Positions 21,049 through 30,710 of a stretch of DNA of 64,000 nt are shown here, piece by piece; the first letter of the stretch is position 1; every line of letters starts with the position of its first letter. The translations under genes were made by a program, and so were the position numbers. Under the pieces are notes generated by a model. That model did not search any database, was not told the origin of the DNA, and saw nothing but the letters and a program-made list of their open reading frames with translations. This DNA comes from Candidatus Eiseniibacteriota bacterium (GTDB taxonomy: Bacteria; Eisenbacteria; RBG-16-71-46), in contig CAVZLN010000009.1 in the NCBI GenBank assembly GCA_963776245.1, positions 192,001-256,000 on the forward strand. Reading direction: 5' to 3'.

Positions 21049-23132
21049 CGCGCCGCCCCGACCGCGGGGGCCGCGAGCGCCGACTCGAGCCGCGCCCGCA
21101 CGTCGGCCGGCGCCGCCCGTCCGAGCAGCCCGCGCAGCGCCACCCCCATGGCGTGGCGCAGGCGCTTCTCGCGCGGCGCCTCGGCCATCGGCGCGCACGC
21201 GGCCACCGCCGCGCCCACCGCCGCCTCGATCGCCGCCGCGCCGGCCGGGGCGGACAGCTCGCTCACCACGCGCTCGGCGGCCATGCCGGGCTCGAGCAGC
21301 GCGCGCTCGAAGGCGCGGCCCAGCGCCTCGCCGCGGAACGCGCCGAGCGCGAGCGCATCCACCAGTGGCTTCAGCCGCGCGGCGGCGTGCGCCGGATCCA
21401 CCCCGCGGCGCCGCATCCAGCGCGCCGGGCGCTTCAGGCACTCCACCGCGACACGATGGGCCACCGGGCCCGCCGGCGGCGACAGCGCGTCGAACAGCGC
21501 CGCGGAGCTCTCGACCGCTGCCAGCCTGGCCGCCAGCAGGGGCGAGAGCCCGAGCCCGATCCAGCGCTCCTCGCGCGCCCACGGCCGCTCGGCGAGGCGC
21601 GTGGTGATGTCCTCGAGCCAGGCGTCCGGCACCGCGATGGGCGGCGTGTCGGTGTCCGGGTACATGCGGTCGGCGCCGGGCAGGATGCGCTCGAAGCCGG
21701 TGGTGCCGTCGGCGTAGGGCTGGCGCGTCTCGGACGGGATGCCGACCAGCGCGTCCCGCCCCCGCGCCAGGATCTCGCGCACCGCGGTCGCGACGTCCTC
21801 CTCCGGACCCCAGGTCACGATCACGGCGTCGCCGCGCTCGGTGCGCAGCGCCTTGTGCAGCGCCTTCCACTCCGCGGGCGAGAGACCATAGTCGCGCACG
21901 TCGGAGTGGATCATGAACGGCCGCGCGGTCAGACAGGCGATCACGCGCACGCGCTCGGAGAACTCGCGCGCGAACGTCAGCCCGGGCTGGGTGCGCGTGT
22001 CGAGCAGCCCGCCGAAGCCCGGCAGGCGCACCGCCGCGATGGTGTCGCGGCGTTCGAGCGCCTCCCGCACCGGCATGTAGTCGCAGCGCCGCAGCATGGA
22101 CGCGGCCTCCACCGCGCGCGCGGACACCTGCCACGGCAGGCCCTTGTCCGGCACCGCGAGCTGCTCGGCCCGCACCCCGCGCCGCAGCAATTCGGCGCGG
22201 ATGCGCAGCAGCGCCAGCTGGCGGAACGCCTCGTTGTGGGTGAGCAGCGGCAGCCAGCGGTGCTGGCACACGCCCTTGATCTCGATCCGCCGTCCGCCCG
22301 CGATGGACACGTTGGTGTCCTGGCGCGCCGCACCCTCACCGCGCCGCACCTTGCCGGTGGCGCGCGAGACGCGCGCCAGCATGCGGCCGCCCGCCTCGAC
22401 CTCCTGCGGCGTGAGGAAGTCGGGCTCGGTCACGATCTCGATCAGCGGCATGCCGAGCCGGTCGGTGCGGAAGGTGATGCGGTGCCCGACGTCGGACACC
22501 TCGCGGCAGGAGTCCTCCTCGAGCGAGAGTTGGCGGATGCGCAGCGGACGGTCCACGCCCAGCGCCGGCACGCGGAACGGCACCCGGCCCTGGAGGGCGA
22601 TCATCGCGGTGCGCTGGAAACCGGTGGGGATCGAGCCGTCGAGGTACTGCTTGCGCATCACGTGCAGCTCGCTCACCAGGTCGAGCCCCAGCAGCAGTGC
22701 GATCTCGTAGGCGATCTTCACCGCCTCCTCGTCGATCGGGAACGGCGGGGTGTCATCCAGCTCGTAGGTGCACACCGTCCCGCGCTCGAGCAGGTAGACG
22801 ATCTCCTTGCGCGTCTTGAACTCCATCAGCGCGGTGCCGTCGTACTCCCCCAGCTCGGAGAGCGTGGGCCGCATGTGGCGGAGCACCTCGGCGTCCACGC
22901 GGGTGACGCGGCGCCCCGCCGGGCAGCGGCAGAACAGCTTGCCGTGGGTGTGGATCTGCTGGTGGATCTCCAGGCCGGCGAGGAACCCGAGCGTGGCGTA
23001 GTCCGCCGGTTTCATCTCGGCCAGCTCGCGGTCGGGGAAATCGAGCGGCGGGTCGCGGCGCGGATTGAGGTCCAGCGCGGGCCGCGGCCCGCTCGGAGCG
23101 GGTCCAGGATCGGGTGTCGGGTCGGTCGTCAT
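21045..23132 (-). CDS. gatE: Glu-tRNA(Gln) amidotransferase subunit E (archaeal type)
   Basis: GLEIHQQ..KLFCRCP, ELHVMRKQYLDGSIPTGFQRT, LEEDSCR, DRLGMPLIEI, RQDTNVSI, RILPGADRMYPDTD; ATGA overlap with gatD. Confidence 0.92.
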   Translation of the reverse strand: MTTDPTPDPGPAPSGPRPALDLNPRRDPPLDFPDRELAEMKPADYATLGFLAGLEIHQQIHTHGKLFCRCPAGRRVTRVDAEVLRHMRPTLSELGEYDGTALMEFKTRKEIVYLLERGTVCTYELDDTPPFPIDEEAVKIAYEIALLLGLDLVSELHVMRKQYLDGSIPTGFQRTAMIALQGRVPFRVPALGVDRPLRIRQLSLEEDSCREVSDVGHRITFRTDRLGMPLIEIVTEPDFLTPQEVEAGGRMLARVSRATGKVRRGEGAARQDTNVSIAGGRRIEIKGVCQHRWLPLLTHNEAFRQLALLRIRAELLRRGVRAEQLAVPDKGLPWQVSARAVEAASMLRRCDYMPVREALERRDTIAAVRLPGFGGLLDTRTQPGLTFAREFSERVRVIACLTARPFMIHSDVRDYGLSPAEWKALHKALRTERGDAVIVTWGPEEDVATAVREILARGRDALVGIPSETRQPYADGTTGFERILPGADRMYPDTDTPPIAVPDAWLEDITTRLAERPWAREERWIGLGLSPLLAARLAAVESSAALFDALSPPAGPVAHRVAVECLKRPARWMRRRGVDPAHAAARLKPLVDALALGAFRGEALGRAFERALLEPGMAAERVVSELSAPAGAAAIEAAVGAAVAACAPMAEAPREKRLRHAMGVALRGLLGRAAPADVRARLESALAAPAVGAAR

Positions 23133-23164
23133 AGAGAGGGTGCCCGCGGACGCGAGCGGCGCGC

Positions 23165-23173
23165 AGGATAGCA
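23165..23173 (-). promoter_or_regulatory. Putative extended -10 promoter for gatE
   Basis: Minus-strand TGCTATCCT (TGn-TAnnnT) about 32 nt upstream of the gatE ATG; the same 9-mer precedes ndh. Confidence 0.4.
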
Positions 23174-23207
23174 CCGGACGCACCACGAGGTCACACGCTC
23201 CGCCGCG

Positions 23208-25220
23208 TCAGGCCGCCCCCTTCTTCGACTTCGCCATGGCGCCGAGCCACAGGTACAGGCACAACGCGAGGAAGCAGCCTGCCGAGACCATCTGCGAGGT
23301 CGGGTCGTGGTCGAAGAACGGCGTCTTGATGCGATCCTCGGCGTAGCCGGGCAGCATGCGCAGGGCCGCCCCGAACACTCCGCCGAGCGCGCCGCCCGCC
23401 ATCAGCCCGGAGGCGATGATCACCCCGCGCTCCCGCATGGTGGCGCCGGCGTGTCCGCCGTCCTTCTCGGAGCGCCGGGTCACCACGTGGTGGATGAACC
23501 CGCCCACCAGCGCCGGCGAGTTGAGCTCGAGCGGCAGGTACATGCCGAGCGCGAAGATGAGCGAGGGCACGCCCACCATCTCGAGCATCAGCGTGACGAG
23601 CACGCCGGCCCCGAACAGGATGTAGGCGATCGGCTGCTGGCTCATGAAGTTCGAGACCAGCGTGGCCATGATGGCGGCCTGCGGCGAGGCGAGCACGTTG
23701 CGCGCGTCGCCCGGCGCCGCCTCGCCGAACTGGAAGGTGCGGGCGAGCATCACGATGGTGAGCCCGGAGGCGGCCGCGGCCACCACCACGCCGAGGAACT
23801 TCACCTTCTCCTGCGCCGCGGGCGTCGAGCCCAGCCAGTAGCCGGCCTTGAGATCGGTGATGGTCTGCCCCGACACCGAGACCGCGGTGCACACCATGCC
23901 GGCGATCGCCATCACGAAGAACATCCCGGTGGTCCCGGAGACGCCGAACTTCAGCAGCACCACCGACGAGATGATGATGGCGAGCATGGTCATGCCCGAG
24001 ACCGGATTGCGCGCCGTGGTGGCGATGGCGTTGGCGGCCACCGAGGTGAAGAAGAACGAGATCACCAGCACCAGCACCAGGCCCGCGACGAGCACCGGGA
24101 TGGAGGGCCCGAGCGTGCCCATGAACACCGCCACGCCGATCGCGCTCAGCACCACGCCCAGCAGGATGCTCATCAGGGAGATGTCGAGATCGGTGCGCTC
24201 CAGCCCCGAGCCTCCGCCCTGCTTGAACGCGCGCGCCGCGACCGAGAACGAGCCCACCACCACCTTGAGCGACTTGATGATGCCGACGATGCCGGCGCTC
24301 GCGATGGCCCCGACGCCCATGAGCCGCACGTACGAGCGGAAGATCTGCGCCGCGCTCATGTCCGGGATCGGCACCGAGGCGGGATAGACCGCGAGCCCCG
24401 CGGGCAGGTGGGAACCGATGAACCAGATGAGCGGCACCAGCACGAAGTTCGCGAGCACGCCGCCCGAGCACAGGATCATGGACGAGCGCAGCCCCATGAC
24501 GTAGCCGAGACCGAGGATGAACCCGATGGCGTCGAAGTTCACCACCACCTTGCCGCGGTCGGCGAGCGTCTTCATGACCGGGATGAACTGGAAGTTGATG
24601 GTCTCGCGCCACACCTGGAAGGTGGTGACGAAGAAGTCGTAGAGCGCGGCGATCCCGGTGGCCTGGAGCAGCAGCGCGGCCTGCGAGCCGCCCTTCTCGC
24701 CGGTCACCAGCACCTCGGTGATGGCGGTGGCCTCGGGGTACGGGAACTGGCCGTGGGTCTCGCGCACGAAGTAGCGGCGCAGCGGGATCAGGAACAGGAC
24801 GCCCATCACGCCACCCGCGAGGCAGATGAAGATGCTCTGCACCGGGTGCGGATCGAGCTTGAGGATGTAGAGCGCGGGCAGGGTGAAGATGGCGCCCGCC
24901 ACCACCGAGCCCGAGACTCCGCCGATGCCGGTGATGATGACGTTCTCGAGCAGGCTGGAGCGCCGCGGGAAGACCCGCGCCAGCCCGATGGCGAGGATCG
25001 AGATCGGGATCGCCGCCTCCATCACCTGGCCCACCTTGAGCCCCGAGTAGGCGGAGGCGACGGTGAAGACGAAGCACAGCAGGAGCCCGAAGAACAGGGA
25101 CCGCCCGGTGATCTCGGGGACCTTCTGGGTGGCCGGGATGATGGGCTGGTAGGTCTCGCCGGGCTTCAGCGGCTCGTACGCGTTCTCCGGCAGCGACTTC
25201 TTGGCGTTGTCATCGTGCAT
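23208..25220 (-). CDS. OPT family oligopeptide transporter
   Basis: MHDDNAKKSLPENAY; YSGLKVGQVMEAAIPI; LENVI; YPEATA; DLKAGYWLGSTP. Confidence 0.9.
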   Translation of the reverse strand: MHDDNAKKSLPENAYEPLKPGETYQPIIPATQKVPEITGRSLFFGLLLCFVFTVASAYSGLKVGQVMEAAIPISILAIGLARVFPRRSSLLENVIITGIGGVSGSVVAGAIFTLPALYILKLDPHPVQSIFICLAGGVMGVLFLIPLRRYFVRETHGQFPYPEATAITEVLVTGEKGGSQAALLLQATGIAALYDFFVTTFQVWRETINFQFIPVMKTLADRGKVVVNFDAIGFILGLGYVMGLRSSMILCSGGVLANFVLVPLIWFIGSHLPAGLAVYPASVPIPDMSAAQIFRSYVRLMGVGAIASAGIVGIIKSLKVVVGSFSVAARAFKQGGGSGLERTDLDISLMSILLGVVLSAIGVAVFMGTLGPSIPVLVAGLVLVLVISFFFTSVAANAIATTARNPVSGMTMLAIIISSVVLLKFGVSGTTGMFFVMAIAGMVCTAVSVSGQTITDLKAGYWLGSTPAAQEKVKFLGVVVAAAASGLTIVMLARTFQFGEAAPGDARNVLASPQAAIMATLVSNFMSQQPIAYILFGAGVLVTLMLEMVGVPSLIFALGMYLPLELNSPALVGGFIHHVVTRRSEKDGGHAGATMRERGVIIASGLMAGGALGGVFGAALRMLPGYAEDRIKTPFFDHDPTSQMVSAGCFLALCLYLWLGAMAKSKKGAA

Positions 25221-25439
25221 GATGGCTCGATCCCTCGCGTGTTCGTCCGTGGGGCAGTCGGTCGCGCAGGATAACCCGAGGCAGGCGGCCACCCAAGGAC
25301 TCTTGCGACGCGAGCCGCCGGCCCCGAGTGGCGTCCGCCCGCGCGCGCTTGTGGCGCGCTTCGCCGCGGGGATAGAGTGCGGACGAGTCCGCCTCCCCCA
25401 CCGGCCATCGTCCCCGACGCGCCCCTCGAGAGGCCTCCG

Positions 25440-26732
25440 ATGCCCCCGTCGCGACACCCTGCACGCACCCGCGCCGTCCCTGTCCTCGCGGTCGCCTTCC
25501 TGATCCTCGCCACCGCCGCCGGCGCCGCCCCATCGTCCCCCATCACGCTGGTCGAGACCCGCCCGGTGGAGTCCGCGCTCGGCAATCCTGAGATCCCGGA
25601 CGCCGTCACGGTGTGGCTCGATCTCATCCGCGGCGCGAAGCGCCAGCTGGACATCGAGCAGTTCTACTGCTCGGACTGGCCCAACGAGCCCACGCGTCCG
25701 GTGCTCGACGCCATCGGCGAGGCGGCGAAGCGCGGTGTGAAGGTGCGCCTGCTGCTCGACGCCCGCATGCACGCGACCTATCCCCAGCCCGCCGACTCGC
25801 TGGCGAAGGTCCCGGGCATCACCGTGCGACTGGTGGATTACGGACGCATCGCCAGAGGGGTGCAGCACGCCAAATTCTTCCTCGTGGACGGGCGCACCGC
25901 GCTGCTCGGCAGCCAGAACCTGGACTGGCGCGCGCTCAAGCACATCCACGAGCTCGGCGTCCGCCTCGACGACGCGCGGGTGACGGGCGTGTTCCAGAAG
26001 GTGTTCGAGCTGGACTGGGCCGCCGCCGACACCTCGGGCCGCCCCGCCGGCCGCGACACCATCGCCGCGCTGCGCGCCGCCGCCGGCCATGCCGACTCGC
26101 CACCGCTGCCGCTCGTGCTGGTGCAGTCGCCGGGCGACACCGCGCGGGTGTGGCCGTCGTACAGTCCGCGCGGCTTCCTGCCGGACGCGGCGCTGTGGGA
26201 CCAGGATGCGCTGGTGCGCCTGCTGGACTCGGCGCGGCAGGGCATCGTGCTCCAGGCGCTGTCCTACGGCATCGGCGGGCGCGGCGAGCGCGACTCCACC
26301 CTCGACCAGGCGCTGCGCCGCGCCGCCGGCCGCGGCGTGCGTGTGCGGCTGATCATCTCGGACTGGGAGACCGGCGGGATCACCGATCTGCAGCGGCTCT
26401 CCACCGTGCCCAACCTCGAGGTGAAGCTCTCCACCGTGCCCGAGTGGAGCGGCGGGTACATCCCGTTCGCGCGCGTCGAGCACTGCAAGTACGTGGTGGT
26501 GGATGACGCCCGGCTGTGGGTGGGCACCAGCAACTGGGAGCCCAGCTACTTCCACGCGTCGCGCAACCTGGCGGTGACCATCCAGAACCGCCGGCTGGCC
26601 GCGCAGGCCCTGAAGGTGTTCGAGACCTCGTGGGCCTCCCCCGGCGCCAGCACGGTGCGCGCCGACGGGCAGTACCCGCGCAAGGACCACGGCATGGAGT
26701 CCCCGGACGGACGCCCGGTCTACGGACGCTGA
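25440..26732 (+). CDS. Secreted phospholipase D superfamily protein (two HKD motifs)
   Basis: Signal peptide; HAKFFLVD...GSQNLDWR and HCKYVVVD...GTSNWEPSYF. Confidence 0.88.
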   Translation: MPPSRHPARTRAVPVLAVAFLILATAAGAAPSSPITLVETRPVESALGNPEIPDAVTVWLDLIRGAKRQLDIEQFYCSDWPNEPTRPVLDAIGEAAKRGVKVRLLLDARMHATYPQPADSLAKVPGITVRLVDYGRIARGVQHAKFFLVDGRTALLGSQNLDWRALKHIHELGVRLDDARVTGVFQKVFELDWAAADTSGRPAGRDTIAALRAAAGHADSPPLPLVLVQSPGDTARVWPSYSPRGFLPDAALWDQDALVRLLDSARQGIVLQALSYGIGGRGERDSTLDQALRRAAGRGVRVRLIISDWETGGITDLQRLSTVPNLEVKLSTVPEWSGGYIPFARVEHCKYVVVDDARLWVGTSNWEPSYFHASRNLAVTIQNRRLAAQALKVFETSWASPGASTVRADGQYPRKDHGMESPDGRPVYGR

Positions 26733-26787
26733 TCGTCCCGGCCGGCGCCGCGCCCGCGCGCGACGCCGGCCGCGCGCCGCATCCCGG

Positions 26788-28320
26788 TCACCACGAGGTC
26801 GCCAGCGGCCCCACCTCGGCCTCCACCGCGGTCAGCACGTCGCCGCGCGTCACCGCCGCCGCCATGGCGTCGTGGTCCCGATGGAGCGGCCGGTCCACGT
26901 CGAGATGCTCGACCACCTGGCGCACCGCGGCGTGCGCCGCCCGCGTGCCGCGCCCGAGCGCGTGGTCGCGGAAGTCGAGCGCCTGCGCCGCGGCGATCAA
27001 CTCGATGCCCAGCACCGCCCGCGCGTTCTCGAGGATCTGCTTCGACTTGAGCGCGGCGTTCATGCCCATGCTGACGAAGTCCTCCTGGTCGGCCGCCGCG
27101 GGGATCGACTGCACGTACGACGGCGCGGAGAGGATGCGCTGCTCGACGATGAGCATGTCGGCGGTGTACTGGCTCAGCATGAGCCCCGAGAACATCCCCG
27201 CGCCCCGGGTGAGGAACGCGGGCAGGCCCACGCTGAGGGCCGGGTTGAGCAGCCGGTTGAGACGGCGCTCGGAGAGCACCGAGACCATGGTGACGCTCGC
27301 TCCCACCACGTCGATCGGCAGGCTCACCGGGGTGCCCTGGAAGTTGGCGCCGGTGTACACGCGGTCCTCGTCGCAGGCGAAGATCGGGTTGTCCGCCACC
27401 CCGTTCAGCTCGGTCTCGACCTGCACGCGCGCGAACGCGAGCTGATCGCGCAGCGCGCCGATCACCTGCGGCGTGGAGCGCATGGAGTAGGCGTCCTGCA
27501 CCTTGGTCTTGAGCTGGCCGGTCTGCAGGTCGGAGCCTTCGAACACCCGCCGCAGGTTGGCGGCGCTGGTCCGCGCGCCGCGGAAGCCGCGCAGCTCGTG
27601 GAGACGCGCCTCGTAAGGACGCGGGTTGGCGTGCAGCGCCTCGAGCGTCATCGCCGCGGCGATCTCGGCCTGCGCCACCCAACGCTCGATGTCGTGCAGC
27701 AGCAGGCAGCCGATGCCGGTGATGAGGTTCGAGCCGTTGATGGCCGCCAGCCCGTCGCGAGCGTGCAGCCCGGGCGGCGTCAGGCCGGCCCGGGCCAGCG
27801 CCTCGGCCGCGGGCATGCGGGCGCCGTCGAGCTGGCACTCGCCCTCGCCCATCAGCGCCAGAGCGATCTGGCTCATCGGCGCGAGATCGCCGCACGCGCC
27901 CACGCTGCCCTTGGAGCACACCACCGGCGTGACCCCGCGGTTCAGCATGTCGACGTAGGCCTGCGGGATCTCCGGGCGGCAGCCCGAGTACCCGTGGCCG
28001 TGCACGTTCACCCGCGAGAGCATCGCGGCCCGCACGTGCTCGACCGGACAGGGCTCGCCGATGCCGGCGGCGTGGTTGTAGATCAGGTAGCGCTGGAACC
28101 GCTGGACCTGCTCGTCGGTCAGCACCACCTCGGAGAACTCGCCGATCCCGGTGTTGACCCCGTACATGATCTCGTGGGCGTCGATCTTGCGCTGCAGCAT
28201 GCGGCGGCAGCGCGCGATGCGCTCGACCGCGGCCGTCGACAGGGCGACCGGCTCGCCGTGGCGCGCGACGCGCACCACGTCCTCGATCGTGAGCCCGGCA
28301 TCTCCCAGGACGACGGTCAT
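26788..28320 (-). CDS. hutH: Histidine/aromatic amino-acid ammonia-lyase family protein with an Ala-Cys-Gly MIO triad
   Basis: YGVNTG, GSVGACGDLAP, DGLAAING, VQDAYSMR, DNP, GANFQG, QEDFVSMG. Confidence 0.82.
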   Translation of the reverse strand: MTVVLGDAGLTIEDVVRVARHGEPVALSTAAVERIARCRRMLQRKIDAHEIMYGVNTGIGEFSEVVLTDEQVQRFQRYLIYNHAAGIGEPCPVEHVRAAMLSRVNVHGHGYSGCRPEIPQAYVDMLNRGVTPVVCSKGSVGACGDLAPMSQIALALMGEGECQLDGARMPAAEALARAGLTPPGLHARDGLAAINGSNLITGIGCLLLHDIERWVAQAEIAAAMTLEALHANPRPYEARLHELRGFRGARTSAANLRRVFEGSDLQTGQLKTKVQDAYSMRSTPQVIGALRDQLAFARVQVETELNGVADNPIFACDEDRVYTGANFQGTPVSLPIDVVGASVTMVSVLSERRLNRLLNPALSVGLPAFLTRGAGMFSGLMLSQYTADMLIVEQRILSAPSYVQSIPAAADQEDFVSMGMNAALKSKQILENARAVLGIELIAAAQALDFRDHALGRGTRAAHAAVRQVVEHLDVDRPLHRDHDAMAAAVTRGDVLTAVEAEVGPLATSW

Positions 28321-28372
28321 CCCGAACGCTCCGCGCCTGCGGAGCGCGCGGCGGCCGACGCGCGGAGCGCCC

Positions 28373-30458
28373 TCACTTCGCCGCGCCGGTCAGCTCGTCG
28401 GCGAGCCCGCCCATGTCGTAGATCCTGCGCAGCGCCTCGACGATGGCGCGCGCGTCCACCGAGACGCAGCGCGCCTGGTCCTCGGACCAGCCGTAGTCCC
28501 ACAGGAACGACTGGATGTTGCCGTCGAACACCAGGCCCACGTACTCGCCGTTGCGGTCGATCACCGGGCTGCCCGAGTTGCCGCCGATGATGTCGTTGGT
28601 GGAGACGAAGTCGAGCGGGGTGGCCAGGTCGAGCGACTTCTCCGCCGCCGCCACCCGCGCCGGCAGGTCGAACGGCCGCCGCCCGTCGAACGAGCGCGAG
28701 CGGTCGTAGAGCCCGTAGAAGGTGGTCTTCCACGGCACCTCGGTGGTGATCTGCGTGTAGCCCGCCACCTTGCCGTAGGACAGCCGCAGCGTGCCGGTGG
28801 CGTCCGGGTAGACGTTCTTGCCGTCGAGCGCGAAGCGCGCGCGGGCGATCTTCGCGCCCTCGAGCGACTCCACGCCCTCGACGTGGTCCTCGTGCCACGT
28901 GCGCTGCTCGCGGTAGGGCGCGTCGAGGCGCGCGCGCCCAGCGATCAGCGGATCGTTCGAGGCCTCGACCGCCTCGCGTCCGCCCTCGAGCAGGCGCTGG
29001 CGCACCGCGACGTCGGCGAGCTGCGTGCCCGCGAGAGGATCTCGTGCGCCACCTCGCGCGGCGTGCGGCCGCCGAGCGCCGCCTTCACGAACGGGTCGTC
29101 CGGCGCCGAGCTCGTCGAGCGCGGTCTGCAGGTGCGAGGCCGAGCACGTGCTCCTCCATCGCCGGGTAGATCGGCGCGGGCGAGAGCAGCAGGAAGCGCA
29201 TCGAGCCCAGGTTGGTGTCGCGGTACTCGCGGAAGCGCTGGTCGTTCGGCTTCTCGACCTCGGCGGTCAGGCGCACGAGTGCCGTTGGCGATGTCGACGA
29301 GCCGCGACAGCGCGCAAGGCTCGCGGTAGAGCGTGCGCCTGCCCGCGCTCGCGCGGCACGCTGCTCCGCCGCGGCGATGCGGTCCCACGCCGCCGCCGCA
29401 GTCCGCGGCCAGCGCCGGGTCCTTCGCCACCCGCGCGCGCAGGTCGTCCTCGGCCGCGCGCTTGGCCGCCGGCGAACGCCGGGTCGCGCAGGATCTCGAG
29501 GAAGCCGCGCTGGCGCTTGAGGTTGTTCTCGAGGCCGCGGATGCCGTTGACGGCCTGGCGCGCCTGCTCGGGGCCCTGCGCCGGCGTACTCGCGGTAGGC
29601 CGCGATGCGCCGCTCGCCGATGCGGATCCGCGCCGGCATGTCGACGTCGCGCTCGTACTCGAGCTGCGCCACCGTGCGCCGGCGGCCGGTGCGGCCGGGG
29701 TGGCCGGCCACGAACACCAGGTCGTCCTCGACTTCACGCCCTTCGCGCTCCAGCGGATCCAGTGCTCGGGCTGGGCGGGCTGGCCGTTCTCGTAGACGCG
29801 GAAGAACGCGAAGTCGAGGTCGTGCCGCGGGTACGAGAAGTTGTCGAGGTCGCCGCCGAAGAACGCGATCTGCTCCTCGGGCGCGCACACCAGCCGCACG
29901 TCCTTGTAGGTGCGGTAGCGATAGAGCCAGTACTCGCCGCCCTGGTAGAGCTCCACCGACTCGGTCTTGAGCCCGGTCTTCTGGGTGGACTCCTGCTCGA
30001 GGCGCGCGAGCGCGCCTTGCGCTGCGCGTTCTGGCGGGCCATCGGGGCGCCTTGGAGTCGATCGCCGCGTTCACCCGCGCGGTCACGTCCTCCATCGACC
30101 ACAGCACCTTGAGCTCGAGGTCGGGGCACTTCATCTCCTCGGCGCGGGTGCGCGCGAAGAAGCCGTCGCGCACGTAGTCGTGCTCGCGCGAGGACATCTT
30201 CGAGAGCTGGCCGAGCGCCACGTGGTGGTTGGTGAGCACCAGCCCGTCGGGCGAGACGAACGCACCCGAGCCGCCGCCGAAGTTCACCGCCGCCTTCTGC
30301 ACGTGCTCGACCCACTGCGGCGTGGGCGTGAAGCCGTAGCGCTCCTGCAGCTGCTGGAGCGGCAGGTTGTCGAGGGTCCACATGCCCTCGTCGGCGAGGG
30401 CGGGGACGGCGAGCGCCGCGAGTGCGAGCGCGGCGGCGAGCGGCGGCGTGAGGCGCAT
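28373..30458 (-). pseudogene. S46 family dipeptidyl peptidase (DPP7/DPP11-like) split by many frameshifts (probably sequence error)
   Basis: Signal peptide plus ADEGMW, TNHHV, YKDVRLV, YPDATGTLRLSYG and DIIGGNSGSP, spread over three reading frames. Confidence 0.85.
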
Positions 30459-30710
30459 CGTGCGACTCCCATCCTGCCGGCGCGTGCACGCACCACCGGC
30501 GGTTCGAAGGCCTGTGGAGAACGAGTGGACCTGGGACTTCGGGCGAGCCCGCACCATGGGAGGCCGGCGGAGTATCGGAAGCCCTCCCCGGGCGGTCAAA
30601 GCACCGAGTACCAACGCGGCGACTGGCGGCACCGGCGCGCCCGCGCCGCGGCCGCGAGCGCGCGGGGACGCGCCGGGCATCCGGCCCGGCCCCGCGAGGC
30701 CCACCCGGGA

